Virus record (IMG/VR): IMGVR_UViG_3300012940_000015
Location: 1 to 38,412 of that record
DNA length: 38,412 nt
Source of the DNA: a virus
Lineage: Duplodnaviria > Caudoviricetes
Strand: one strand, 5' to 3'
Shown: positions 17,202 to 25,983 of the stretch, piece by piece
Position numbering within the stretch: position 1 is the first letter of the stretch
Layout: every line of letters begins with the position of its first letter
Position numbers and translations under genes: made by a program
The notes under the pieces: model-generated
What the model saw: the letters and a program-made list of their open reading frames with translations, nothing else
Told to the model about the DNA's origin: nothing
Database searches by the model: none

Positions 17202-17566
17202 TTGTCGATCAGGTCCACCATGAAGGCACGCTGGACGCCGATTCGCAGCCGCTTCTTCTCGAACTTGGTCAGGTAGAGATCGCCCGACGGGTTCGCGAAC
17301 GAGACGCCCTGTGAGAACGGGCCGGCAGACTGCTGGGTCTGCGTGACTCCGTCGAAGTCGGCGGGGCCCTGCATGACCCGCTTGACCATCGCGCAGACGA
17401 TGGCCTTGAGGGTGGTCTCCGATGCCCAGTCCTCGATGTCGGGCTGGAGGTCGAGGATCAGCGTCGACGCGTCCTCCAGCAGGGTGTCGGCGCGCGTCTG
17501 CTCGGCCGGAGAGAGGGGGCGCCAGCGGGCTTCAAGATCCGCGTGGGTGGCGAACGGAGCAGCCAT
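17171..17566 (-). CDS. Head-to-tail adaptor (Gp19/Gp15/Gp42-like)
   Basis: FAT..DL..RWRPL...E..RA..LL.DAS, AGPFS and NP.GDLYLT motifs. Confidence 0.9.
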   Translation of the reverse strand: MAAPFATHADLEARWRPLSPAEQTRADTLLEDASTLILDLQPDIEDWASETTLKAIVCAMVKRVMQGPADFDGVTQTQQSAGPFSQGVSFANPSGDLYLTKFEKKRLRIGVQRAFMVDLIDNYDDDSSSVG

Positions 17567-17595
17567 GACGCACCCCTCTCTGGTTGGTCGGTCGA

Positions 17596-18573
17596 TCAGG
17601 AGCTGGACGAGCTGGACGAGTCGTCACCGGAGACGGTGAGCTTCCCGTGCTTCAGCTCGTTGCCGTACTTGAGCCCGATCTCGCCGTAGATCTGGACCTT
17701 GTCCGCAGAGCCGGTCTTGGCGAGCGGCTCGGCGAAGAAGTGACCCTTGCCCGGGATCTCCAGGAACGCGGGGGCCAGCTCCTCCAGCGACGCCACGACC
17801 AGTTGGTCGGCGGGCATGTACCGGTTGAGCATGATGTTCGCCCGGCCGAAGTCGGTCTCGAACGTCTGGAGGTTGACGCCGCCGACGTTGCGGGTCGACT
17901 CCTGGTAGCCCTTGTCCTTGATGAAGATCTTCGTGAGCTGGCGCTTCAGTGTGCCGTTCACAACGACCGTGCGGGTCTCGCCCTCCTGGATTCCGCCGTT
18001 CTCCCAGACCTCCTGGAAGAGGTCGAGCACGACGTCTTCTGTGAGGGCGCCGGCGGTCTCCACGTTGGAGGTGATCGCCTCGAGCAGGCCGCGGGTCTTC
18101 CGCGGGTTGGCGTTGGTCGCCGGCCGGGCGTAGGTGCCGGTGATGAACGTCTTCTCGACGTCCCGGGCGACCTGCTTGAATTGCTGCTCGAGCTGCCAGG
18201 CGAGCTCGTCGGCTGGGATAACCGTCGAGCCGACGGTGACCGCGGTGTTCTCGACACCACGCTGACGGTTCGCGCCCTGCTTGGTGTAGGAGATCTCCAC
18301 TGCTTCCTGGTGGATCTCCACGACGTTGCTGGCGTTGTAGCGGACGCGCTCCTCGCCAGAGGGGGCGTCGGCGCCCTCCAGGCGCTGCCGGTCGTCCTCG
18401 GCGTCGCGGAGGTCGTAGCCCTGCCACTCGAAAACGGTGGCGCCGACGGACTCGCCACCGGTGAGGCCGCCAATGGCGGACAGGAGCGGGGTGTCCTCGG
18501 GCGAGGCTGCGAACAGCTCGCCCACGTAGTTCGGCAGGTTGAAGGTGGTTCCCTGCCCGGTGATTCCGGCCAT
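17596..18573 (-). CDS. Major capsid protein with C-terminal Ser7
   Basis: TTFNLPNYVGELF..SP.DTP.LS.IGGL and LAKTGS....IYGEIGL.YG.E..HG motifs (DUF5309/SU10-like); ends DDSSSSSSS. Confidence 0.92.
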   Translation of the reverse strand: MAGITGQGTTFNLPNYVGELFAASPEDTPLLSAIGGLTGGESVGATVFEWQGYDLRDAEDDRQRLEGADAPSGEERVRYNASNVVEIHQEAVEISYTKQGANRQRGVENTAVTVGSTVIPADELAWQLEQQFKQVARDVEKTFITGTYARPATNANPRKTRGLLEAITSNVETAGALTEDVVLDLFQEVWENGGIQEGETRTVVVNGTLKRQLTKIFIKDKGYQESTRNVGGVNLQTFETDFGRANIMLNRYMPADQLVVASLEELAPAFLEIPGKGHFFAEPLAKTGSADKVQIYGEIGLKYGNELKHGKLTVSGDDSSSSSSS

Positions 18574-18598
18574 GATCGGCCCCTTTCAGGATGAAGGT

Positions 18599-19201
18599 TC
18601 AGGTGGTGGTGGTTGCAGTCGCGCCCGCGAGCTTCATCGCCTTTAGTTGGGCGACGAGGCCCTTGTTGCCCGCGCCCTCCGCTGCCGAGATCTGCTCGTC
18701 GATGGAGATGTTGGGCGCGGCGGCCGGGGTCTTGCCGATGGTCGGCACGACGGCCGGCGTGGGCATCCCGTCGGACTGCTGTCCGATGAGCGGCTTGAGG
18801 GTCGCGGCGTGCGCCTCGATCTCCTCCTTGGTGGACCCAGCCAGTGCCACCGCGGGGACCCCGGTCACTTCGGCGACCTCGGCCTTCCACGTGGCGATCT
18901 GCTCGCGGGTCTCGTACTCCTTGACCTTGGCCTGCGCTGCGGCGAGCGCGTCGGCCTGCTTCTGTGCCTCGGTCTTGGCCGACTCCTCGATCTCGGCGAG
19001 GCGCTTGGCAGCCTCGGCGTTCTCCTTGGAGCGCGTCTCCCACTTGCGGGACTCGGCGATCGTCTCCTCGTACTTCGCCTTCCAGTCGGGCTCCTGTGCA
19101 GGTGCCGCAGGCGTGGCGGGCGGAGACGGTGCGGGCGGCGAGGGGTTGGGCTGGCCAGGGATGGTCGCCGGACCGGTCGGCTCAGTTGGAGTGGTGCTCA
19201 T
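18599..19201 (-). CDS. Scaffolding protein
   Basis: Pro-rich N-terminus, DWKA...SRKWE.R.KEN coiled coil; directly before the capsid gene. Confidence 0.88.
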   Translation of the reverse strand: MSTTPTEPTGPATIPGQPNPSPPAPSPPATPAAPAQEPDWKAKYEETIAESRKWETRSKENAEAAKRLAEIEESAKTEAQKQADALAAAQAKVKEYETREQIATWKAEVAEVTGVPAVALAGSTKEEIEAHAATLKPLIGQQSDGMPTPAVVPTIGKTPAAAPNISIDEQISAAEGAGNKGLVAQLKAMKLAGATATTTT

Positions 19202-19209
19202 CGGATTCC

Positions 19210-19281
19210 TCCCGTGCGGGATCGCCACGACGCCGTGCGGCTGGTCATGGATGGTGGGTGGTTCTTCCGCCGTGCGGCGGG
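19210..19281 (-). repeat. Three CC-GCAC-GG mini-hairpins in the scaffold leader
   Basis: CCGTGCGG on the plus strand at 19212, 19233 and 19270, each with an extendable stem. Confidence 0.7.
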
Positions 19282-19284
19282 AAG

Positions 19285-19944
19285 TCAGAGGTGATCGGCG
19301 ATCCACTTGCGAGCGCGGGCATTGTCGGCCTCGCGGGTCTCGTCGGATCGGCGACGCTGGCTGGCGCGGTACTCCTCGACGTCGACGAGGGTCGCCTTGC
19401 CTGCCCACTTGGGGGTCGCGCCACAGTGGCAGGAGTCGTGGCTGGCGAACTTCACGGTGGACTCGGTGTAGACGAAGCCGCGTCCGGCGAGCATCACGCA
19501 GAACTGGCACCCATCGGCTCGGGCGACTCTCTGCCAGCCTTCGCCACGAGGATCGGCAAATGATGAGCCCATGATCGTCTCGCGTGACCAGTCGGAGATC
19601 CGGCGAGAGAGGCCGCCAATGATCAGCGCCTCCATCGACGCGAGGTCGGTGGCGGTCGTGCTAGCCCATCCGGTCAGCGACTCAGTGTCCTGGCTTGGCA
19701 GGTCCGCAGGGATGGCCCTGAAGCGCCCTTGGACAGCCTGCTCGTCACGGAGGTCGTCGTACCACTCCGCGGCCACCAGGGAGGCCGCTTCGCCGTACTG
19801 ACGGGTCAGGGTGGGGAGGACGTCGTTGAGCGCCTCGCGGGCTTCGGCCGCCGTCTCCAGGCGACGAAAGATCGTGGCGACGTCTCGCTGCGCCAGCCCA
19901 GTCAGGCGGGCGATGTCGCGCCGCAGGTCTGCCGGCGTCGGCAT
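19285..19944 (-). CDS. MuF-like / capsid maturation protein
   Basis: W.RV....C.FC.MLA.RG..Y and H..C.C motifs, between portal and scaffold. Confidence 0.8.
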   Translation of the reverse strand: MPTPADLRRDIARLTGLAQRDVATIFRRLETAAEAREALNDVLPTLTRQYGEAASLVAAEWYDDLRDEQAVQGRFRAIPADLPSQDTESLTGWASTTATDLASMEALIIGGLSRRISDWSRETIMGSSFADPRGEGWQRVARADGCQFCVMLAGRGFVYTESTVKFASHDSCHCGATPKWAGKATLVDVEEYRASQRRRSDETREADNARARKWIADHL

Positions 19945-19947
19945 TGG

Positions 19948-21588
19948 CTACCGCTCCTCGAGCGACCGCGCCTGCGACTCAGGAAGGCGCAGGGCGACCG
20001 GCGTGGCGCCGGTGAACTCCAGGCCGCTCAGGCCGACCCGTCGTGCCGCCTCCTCGGGGTCGACGCCGGCGCGGATCAGGACACCGAGTGCGTCTGCCTT
20101 GGCCTTGATCGCCGCGGCGTCCTCAGTCACGGACGCCCCCCCCAGTTCCTCAGGAGAAGTGGCGCCAGTGGCGCGGTCGAGGATGGAGTTCAGGGAGTCC
20201 GAGCCGCGACGACGACGAAGCTCGCTCTCTGCTCGGTCGATCTGATCGGGCTCCATGCCGACAAGCTCCATGCCGACCGTCGTGTCGGCGAGGGATGGGA
20301 TGGCCGAGACCTGCTTCGTCCCAGCGTCGGCGATCGACACCAGTGACGGGCGGTCACCACGGCGCCACTTGAACGACAGGTCGAGGATGCCCTCGGGCGG
20401 TGTAGTCATGTTGTCGCGGATCATGATCGCGTTCTCGAACGTTCGGAGCAGCGCGTCGCTGTAGATGACGTGCTGCTTCTCGACGTCCACGATGATGTCC
20501 TGGCGGGCCTCCTGCTTGGCGCCCTGCGACTCGGGGTTGTCGGTCGAGATGCCCAGCGACGACATCGGGACGCCGGTGTGACCGGAGAACTTCGATGCGA
20601 GGTCACGACCGATCGCGATGTGCGGCTCTGGCGACTCTGATCGGATGATTTCCAGCTCGGGAGTGTCGCCGTCCTCGTCCTTCGAGAGCATGTTCATCCG
20701 GCCGAGGAAGAACGACCACAGCGGCACCATCTTGCCGCTGGCGTCCTTGAAGGCTTCCTCGTCGGCCCCCAGGAGGAGGAGCTTCATGGAGGTGAACAGC
20801 TCGGAGTGGACCTCGAGCCGGGCGCCGGCTCGGACGGCCCGATTCGTCAGCGACATGACGGTGCGGTCGATCCGGGACCGCCCGAAGGGACGATCGGTGG
20901 TCGGCCTGAACGGCAGGATCTCCATCGGCGTGCGGCCGAGTGCGTGCGGGATGACGGCCGAGACATACCAGCCTTGCGATCCCTTCGCGCACACCACGTG
21001 CTCAGCCGGAGTCATGACAGTGATCTCGACCGGCAGGCCCATCTTGTCGACCTCGGAGATCAGCATCCCGCCCCGGAGCGCACGACGCCGGCGGTCCCAG
21101 ATGCCCGTCGACCAGAGCGCAGAGTGGAACATGATCAGAGCCGGGGCCTCGCCCTCCGCGACATCGCCCGGAGTCGTCGAGACGAAGGCGCACGACTGGG
21201 CCAGGGAGGACGCGACGGCCTGCGGGAACTCGATCGCAAAGCGGTTGTCGTACAAGACTCGCTTCAGGTCGAACGGGTCACGGCTGTCGTCAGGGCTCAG
21301 GATGCGCTCAAAGACAATGCGGTTCGCGACCTCATAGACGGCCTTCTCGGGCCACCCGACCACGACGTCGAGCCGGTCAACGAGCGATGGTGGGAGCGAG
21401 ACGCCCAGGTCGTCAAGGGTGTTCTTCGCGTCGAGGTAGATCATCCGCTCGAGGTTCCGGGGAAGCTTCCACGCCCACTGGACGACGAGCTCGTTCAGGA
21501 GATCTTGGGTCTGCTCATTGAGGCCGAGGACCTGCGGCGGCGCGAAGGCTCGGATCGGATGCACTTGCCCGAGGGGGGTCAGCGTCAC
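19948..21588 (-). CDS. Portal protein
   Basis: 546 aa after the terminase; VVGWP.KAV and RPFGRSRI motifs. Confidence 0.92.
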   Translation of the reverse strand: MTLTPLGQVHPIRAFAPPQVLGLNEQTQDLLNELVVQWAWKLPRNLERMIYLDAKNTLDDLGVSLPPSLVDRLDVVVGWPEKAVYEVANRIVFERILSPDDSRDPFDLKRVLYDNRFAIEFPQAVASSLAQSCAFVSTTPGDVAEGEAPALIMFHSALWSTGIWDRRRRALRGGMLISEVDKMGLPVEITVMTPAEHVVCAKGSQGWYVSAVIPHALGRTPMEILPFRPTTDRPFGRSRIDRTVMSLTNRAVRAGARLEVHSELFTSMKLLLLGADEEAFKDASGKMVPLWSFFLGRMNMLSKDEDGDTPELEIIRSESPEPHIAIGRDLASKFSGHTGVPMSSLGISTDNPESQGAKQEARQDIIVDVEKQHVIYSDALLRTFENAIMIRDNMTTPPEGILDLSFKWRRGDRPSLVSIADAGTKQVSAIPSLADTTVGMELVGMEPDQIDRAESELRRRRGSDSLNSILDRATGATSPEELGGASVTEDAAAIKAKADALGVLIRAGVDPEEAARRVGLSGLEFTGATPVALRLPESQARSLEER

Positions 21589-23123
21589 GTCATCCCCCCT
21601 ACGGTCATCTTTCGGCCTGGCTTGCGCTTGCTGGTCTTGGCGCCCCAGTGGGCGAGTGCTGCGGAGGCGATCGGTACCTCGCCGCCAGGATCAGATGGGC
21701 AATGCCAGTTCCATGCGCCCTCAGTGCCGCGAAGCTTCTTCGTGGTCACTGCGACCGAGTCGTCGAGCACCTTCTGGCCCTCGGGTTTCTCCGGGTCGGA
21801 CAGATGGGTCGCAGTCCTGCCGATGACCGCCTCGAGGAGCATTGCGTTGGCTGTGGCGACCTCGGGCCACGTCGGGGTCACGATCGCCCGCTTCGACACG
21901 CCCAGGTCGATCAGCTTGTTGACGAAGGCTCCCGCGTGAGACTTGCCGTCGACCACAATCGCGGCGTAGTTGGCGGCCCGTTCTGCGACCCACTCGGCCA
22001 GCGAGGCGGTGCCGGCGGACATGCTGCCGGTGTGCGCTCCGACGAGCTCGACATGGATGCCGCCCTTGTGCTTGAGCGCCCCGGAGACGGCGACGCGAGA
22101 CCCGTCGGGAGAGAACTTGATCCCGAGCGACTTGATGCCATCAGTGGGCGGGGCAGGGACGGCGGTGGCGCTCCACTCGTCGGGCATGATCACGCGGTCA
22201 ACCAGCTGGGCGTCGTCTCGCCAGATGCCGAGCCGGTCCTGCGCGAAACGGTCGGGCGAGTAGGTCTCAAACTCGCCTTGCACCACTTCGTGGTTGATCC
22301 TGGTGTTCCACGCCGGGTTGGCGGCCCAGCACAGATACTCCACGGCCGACGACCAGGTGCGAGAGGCGAGATCGGACTTCGCGGCGAGGTACTCCGGCGA
22401 TGTCAGCTCGGCAGACCATTCCACCCAAGCGGCGGCCGACGACTTCCCATCGAGTGCCGCACGGCGGACCATCTCGAAGGTGTAGCAGTCGTCCTCATCC
22501 TGCGGCGGCGTGCCGAGGAGCCAGACCTGCGGGTTCTTCATCGCCGACATCGTCGAGTTGATCGACGTCCACGCACGAGAGCCGAGGATCTGCGCCTCGT
22601 CGAGCAGCAGGCAGTCGGAGGAGAAGCCCTTGCCGGCCGCGCCCGAGCGAGCCTTGAACTGGATCAGCGCGCCGTTGGAGAACTTCACCGACTCACGGTT
22701 CAGCGCGTTCATCACGCTCTTGACTCGTGACCGCAACGCGCCGTTGGCGTCGTCCTCGACGATCTCCATCAGCTTCGCGAATGACTCCCGTGCAGTGTCC
22801 TGCTGGTGCGCACTGACGACGATCTTCTTCTCGCCGAACAGCAACGCGCCGGCGAGAGCACGGGCAACGAGGAGTTGGCTCTTACCGTTCTGGCGAGGGA
22901 CCGTGATCCCGACCCGCTTGGCGGCCCAGGTGCGATCGGACCGTTCACCCATGGCAGCCTCGAGGATCAGTTCTTGCCAAGCATCGAGCGCGATGCCGAA
23001 CGACGCCGAGATGTCGGCGACGTCCTGCCAGGAGTTAGCCCTTGCCCCCTGCGGCTTGACCAAGACGCGAGGTGGCGCCTCCCCGAGCAGCGCGACGGGC
23101 TGCGATCTCGTCAATCGGGTCAC
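21585..23123 (-). CDS. terL: Terminase large subunit
   Basis: Walker A VPRQNGKS, Walker B LLLDEAQ, coupling motif GTPP, ANPA. Confidence 0.95.
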   Translation of the reverse strand: MTRLTRSQPVALLGEAPPRVLVKPQGARANSWQDVADISASFGIALDAWQELILEAAMGERSDRTWAAKRVGITVPRQNGKSQLLVARALAGALLFGEKKIVVSAHQQDTARESFAKLMEIVEDDANGALRSRVKSVMNALNRESVKFSNGALIQFKARSGAAGKGFSSDCLLLDEAQILGSRAWTSINSTMSAMKNPQVWLLGTPPQDEDDCYTFEMVRRAALDGKSSAAAWVEWSAELTSPEYLAAKSDLASRTWSSAVEYLCWAANPAWNTRINHEVVQGEFETYSPDRFAQDRLGIWRDDAQLVDRVIMPDEWSATAVPAPPTDGIKSLGIKFSPDGSRVAVSGALKHKGGIHVELVGAHTGSMSAGTASLAEWVAERAANYAAIVVDGKSHAGAFVNKLIDLGVSKRAIVTPTWPEVATANAMLLEAVIGRTATHLSDPEKPEGQKVLDDSVAVTTKKLRGTEGAWNWHCPSDPGGEVPIASAALAHWGAKTSKRKPGRKMTVGGMT

Positions 23124-23283
23124 CAGCCTTCGCGGTCGGAGTCAGCTCCTCGATCTGCTTCGCAATGGACTCCGCGCGCGCGATCAAGGGGGCACACTTC
23201 TCGGGGTCCGAAGCGGTGATCGAGGCGAGTGCGATCTCGTACAGGGACCGCAGTTCCTCGAGGCGGTTGAAGGCGTCGGACAT
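23035..23283 (-). CDS. terS: Terminase small subunit
   Basis: Short helical protein ending D.IDEIAARRAAR, directly before terL. Confidence 0.75.
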   Translation of the reverse strand: MSDAFNRLEELRSLYEIALASITASDPEKCAPLIARAESIAKQIEELTPTAKAGDPIDEIAARRAARGGATSRLGQAAGGKG

Positions 23284-23373
23284 GGCGGCCCCCAACCTGA
23301 CGAGCTCTGCGTGTGAAAAGGCCGTATGCCCGGAGGCTGCCGCGACCCGGGCGGGGGAGGGGGTGGTGCCCCG

Positions 23374-23694
23374 TCACCAGATGGATGAAGCCTCGACCGG
23401 CTTCGGTGTGGCCATGGTCTCGCCTGCGAGTCGTGCTCGAGCCTCGGCGAGCGTCATCGTCGACTTCCATCGGTTGCATCGACGGTGCATGAGGTGACAG
23501 TTGGAGCGTTGGTACTGCGATCCACCACGCGAACGCGGTACATCCTCGTCGACCACGGCAGCCATCGGGTCGAGGTGATGCAGCGTCTGATCCACGTAGC
23601 CATCGCACAGGGCGCAGTGGGTCTCTTCAGCCTTGACCCGGGCGACCACCTGTCGACGACGGTGGCCGTTGGCGTTGACCCGGGCAGCCATCAC
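23374..23694 (-). CDS. HNH endonuclease (packaging-associated)
   Basis: CALC...VDEDVPRSRGG...N....HRRCN..K. Confidence 0.85.
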   Translation of the reverse strand: MMAARVNANGHRRRQVVARVKAEETHCALCDGYVDQTLHHLDPMAAVVDEDVPRSRGGSQYQRSNCHLMHRRCNRWKSTMTLAEARARLAGETMATPKPVEASSIW

Positions 23695-24446
23695 GCAACC
23701 TGTGCGATGGTCTCAGGCGAGGAGGTGGAGGTCTTCTCGTACCGCCCCGGGGTCTTGAACTCCCCCCGGACGTACTCACCTAGGGGGCCGTTCCATGAGC
23801 CGGGGGAGCCTGACAAGTAGGGGAGGGGGAGGTTCAACTTCGCCCCCAAGGTCTCGGTCTTCACCTTGGCGTTGCCTCGAGCCTCACCCTCGGGACCTGC
23901 GCCGGCGACGGGGTACAGCTCACCCACGGCAAACGGCTGACCAGTGGGGTACGCAGCCAGCGCATCCCGCAGCCGCTTGGTGTCGAAGACGAGCGGCGTG
24001 TGGCACTCGTAGATCCAGGGATCGATGCCGGTGGTCTCGGCGACCCAGGTGGCGGTGGCGATCACGGCCCGATGCCACGCGCCGAGTGCCCGCTCCTTCT
24101 GTTCGGCCGCTGCCCAACGTGAGGCGGGGTGACGATTGCGGCAGACCACGATCTCGTCGTGCGGCTCGATGGCGAACATGTCGTCGTTGAGCACGACGAG
24201 ACGGTCGGCAGCGCCCGGCAGGTTGACGTAGGCGGTCAGGCTGTGGCGCTGGTTCTCGAACTTGTTGGGGTGCGGCTCGAGCGGGAGCCGTGCACCGGCG
24301 AACCAGTCAGGCGGAACGCCCACGGCCCAGACGTCTCGCCACTCCATGCGGAGGTTCTGCTCGAAGGAGCGGAGCGAGTACCGCATCTCGTCGCGGCCGG
24401 GCGAGTCGGGCTGACCCCCGACGACGTAGACGAGGTCGGTGGTCAT
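23691..24446 (-). CDS. Stealth-family sugar-1-phosphate transferase
   Basis: CR1-like DLVYV, CR2-like DEMRYSLRS...PDW...LNDDMF, CR3-like HTP, CR4-like F..P.RYE. Confidence 0.75.
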   Translation of the reverse strand: MTTDLVYVVGGQPDSPGRDEMRYSLRSFEQNLRMEWRDVWAVGVPPDWFAGARLPLEPHPNKFENQRHSLTAYVNLPGAADRLVVLNDDMFAIEPHDEIVVCRNRHPASRWAAAEQKERALGAWHRAVIATATWVAETTGIDPWIYECHTPLVFDTKRLRDALAAYPTGQPFAVGELYPVAGAGPEGEARGNAKVKTETLGAKLNLPLPYLSGSPGSWNGPLGEYVRGEFKTPGRYEKTSTSSPETIAQVA

Positions 24447-24448
24447 GG

Positions 24449-25099
24449 CTACCTGGAACGGACGATGCAGAATCCCCGCTTGGCGGGGTTCTTGGCCCAC
24501 AGGCGGACCTCACGACCCTCGAAGTCCCAGCGCTCACGCAGGGTCTTGTTGCGGGCCAGTGCGAGCCGTGCGCCTTCCTCGACCTCGAAGCGCGGGTCGC
24601 CGACGTCGTGCAGCACGATGACGGCGTCGTCGGCCATGTGTGGCAGCCACGCCTTCAGATCGTCGCGCACATCCTCCTTGCGGTGGAGCGCGTCGTGGAA
24701 CAGCAAGCCGACCGGCAGGCCGTCGTACTGCTCAGCGCCCTCGGTCGCGGTGGCCTGGTGGGCGGTGACGTACTCACCGGCGCCGGTCAGCTCCATGTGG
24801 GCATCGAAGGCGGCGCGAGTCTCGGAGCGGACATACTCGACGATGCTGGGCGCGTGCTGCTCGTAACCGGCCGGGATCTCCCCGGCCTCCCACGGGTCGA
24901 AGGCATGAACCTGAACGCCGGCGCCACGGGACGAGCCGAGCGCGAGGTGACCCGTCGAGCGGCCCTTGAAGGAGCCAAGCTCAACGATCGCCTGACCGGC
25001 TGGCACCTTGGACGCCAGGTCGATCAACACGTCGCGGCAGGGGTTCTCGATCAGCCCCACGGCGATCTTCTGGTCGAGGATCGCAGCCTCGTTCAGCAT
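24449..25099 (-). CDS. Class I SAM-dependent methyltransferase (Methyltransf_24-like)
   Basis: IVELGSFKGRST, LLFHDALH and IVLHD motifs; GAGGAGG RBS. Confidence 0.85.
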   Translation of the reverse strand: MLNEAAILDQKIAVGLIENPCRDVLIDLASKVPAGQAIVELGSFKGRSTGHLALGSSRGAGVQVHAFDPWEAGEIPAGYEQHAPSIVEYVRSETRAAFDAHMELTGAGEYVTAHQATATEGAEQYDGLPVGLLFHDALHRKEDVRDDLKAWLPHMADDAVIVLHDVGDPRFEVEEGARLALARNKTLRERWDFEGREVRLWAKNPAKRGFCIVRSR

Positions 25100-25269
25100 G
25101 GTGCCTCCTCGATGCGGGATGTCAGCATGTCCAGCAACTCATCCACCGCAGCCCCATACTCGGCGGCGGTGCTCGGAATGACTGCGGCCCGTTGCTTGGC
25201 CCTCAGGTGGGTGATGGCCTCACGCAGGTCGTCGGCCGTGGAGTCGTCGGTCACCCGCAGGATCACCAC
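25093..25269 (-). CDS. 58-aa hypothetical protein (not in the ORF track)
   Basis: MVILRVTDDSTADDLREAITHLRAKQR...; GC3-rich codons; overlaps the methyltransferase start. Confidence 0.55.
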   Translation of the reverse strand: MVILRVTDDSTADDLREAITHLRAKQRAAVIPSTAAEYGAAVDELLDMLTSRIEEAPC

Positions 25270-25402
25270 GACACTCGCCCGTCATCGACCCACCGCGCGA
25301 GCCGAGCCAGCAGGCCGAGCAACCAGCGCATGGCGACCTCCCGACTCCGGGAACGACGAAACCGCCGACCCGAACTTGGGCACGACGGTTCGTTGGTGAT
25401 TT

Positions 25403-25419
25403 TGAGTGTATAACACTCA
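25403..25419 (-). promoter_or_regulatory. Candidate late promoter -10 (TACACT) inside a 7-bp inverted repeat
   Basis: TGAGTGT-ATA-ACACTCA in an AT-rich patch at the head of the late operon. Confidence 0.5.
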
Positions 25420-25983
25420 CTGCGCGGCGCGACGGATGTATACCGGGCTGTTCTTCCCCCGGCGCTTCACGGTCAGCCACGCGGGCAGCCCATTGCGCTC
25501 CCGAAGACTTGCGATGTGATCATCCAGGTCGGGGCCATGGTTGAAGTTCTCCCAGCGGCGATTGATCCTCAGGTGGTCGAACTGCTGGTGCCTGAACTGC
25601 TCCTCGTCCCGACCGCCCGGCTCTAGGGCCAACACCTGATCGACGGTGGCGCGCAGGGCCTGGAGGCGCTGCCGGAAGTGTGCCGAGTATCCGATCTTGA
25701 TGTGATTTCCGAGTTCCACGTAGTAGACGACGCTCTCGCTCTGTGTCAGTTCTTGCGCCCACGGGTAGGGAGTTGTCCGCGTCATCCGCTCATTCAGAGC
25801 GGTAGCCCTTCTTGCGCGCCACTCCTGCAACTCCTGGTAGTTGCGACCCCGTGCCTGCGCTTCGATGCGGTCGGCGTACCTCTCGGCGATGTTCCACGCG
25901 CAGTCAGCGCAGACGCCCAGGTCGGCGCATCGACTTCCTCGCTCCTCGTCGATCTCCTCGCCGCACAGCACGCACCTATGCAC
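25417..25983 (-). CDS. GIY-YIG (T5orf172/MUG113-like) protein with N-terminal Zn finger
   Basis: VYYV....IKIGYS....R...L, E...H.QF..LR....E.F; two CxxC pairs at the N-terminus. Confidence 0.75.
   Translation of the reverse strand: MHRCVLCGEEIDEERGSRCADLGVCADCAWNIAERYADRIEAQARGRNYQELQEWRARRATALNERMTRTTPYPWAQELTQSESVVYYVELGNHIKIGYSAHFRQRLQALRATVDQVLALEPGGRDEEQFRHQQFDHLRINRRWENFNHGPDLDDHIASLRERNGLPAWLTVKRRGKNSPVYIRRAAQ

Noticed and set aside
18599-18625. Poly-Thr end of the scaffold as part of the modification system
   Set aside because: The scaffold is internal and normally leaves the mature head, so the link is too weak, though it is worth including in the MS check.
25417-25983. Intron-encoded homing endonuclease or restriction partner of the methylase
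   Set aside because: It is free-standing, interrupts no gene and lies 5 kb from the methylase; it fits a common phage T5orf172-like gene.
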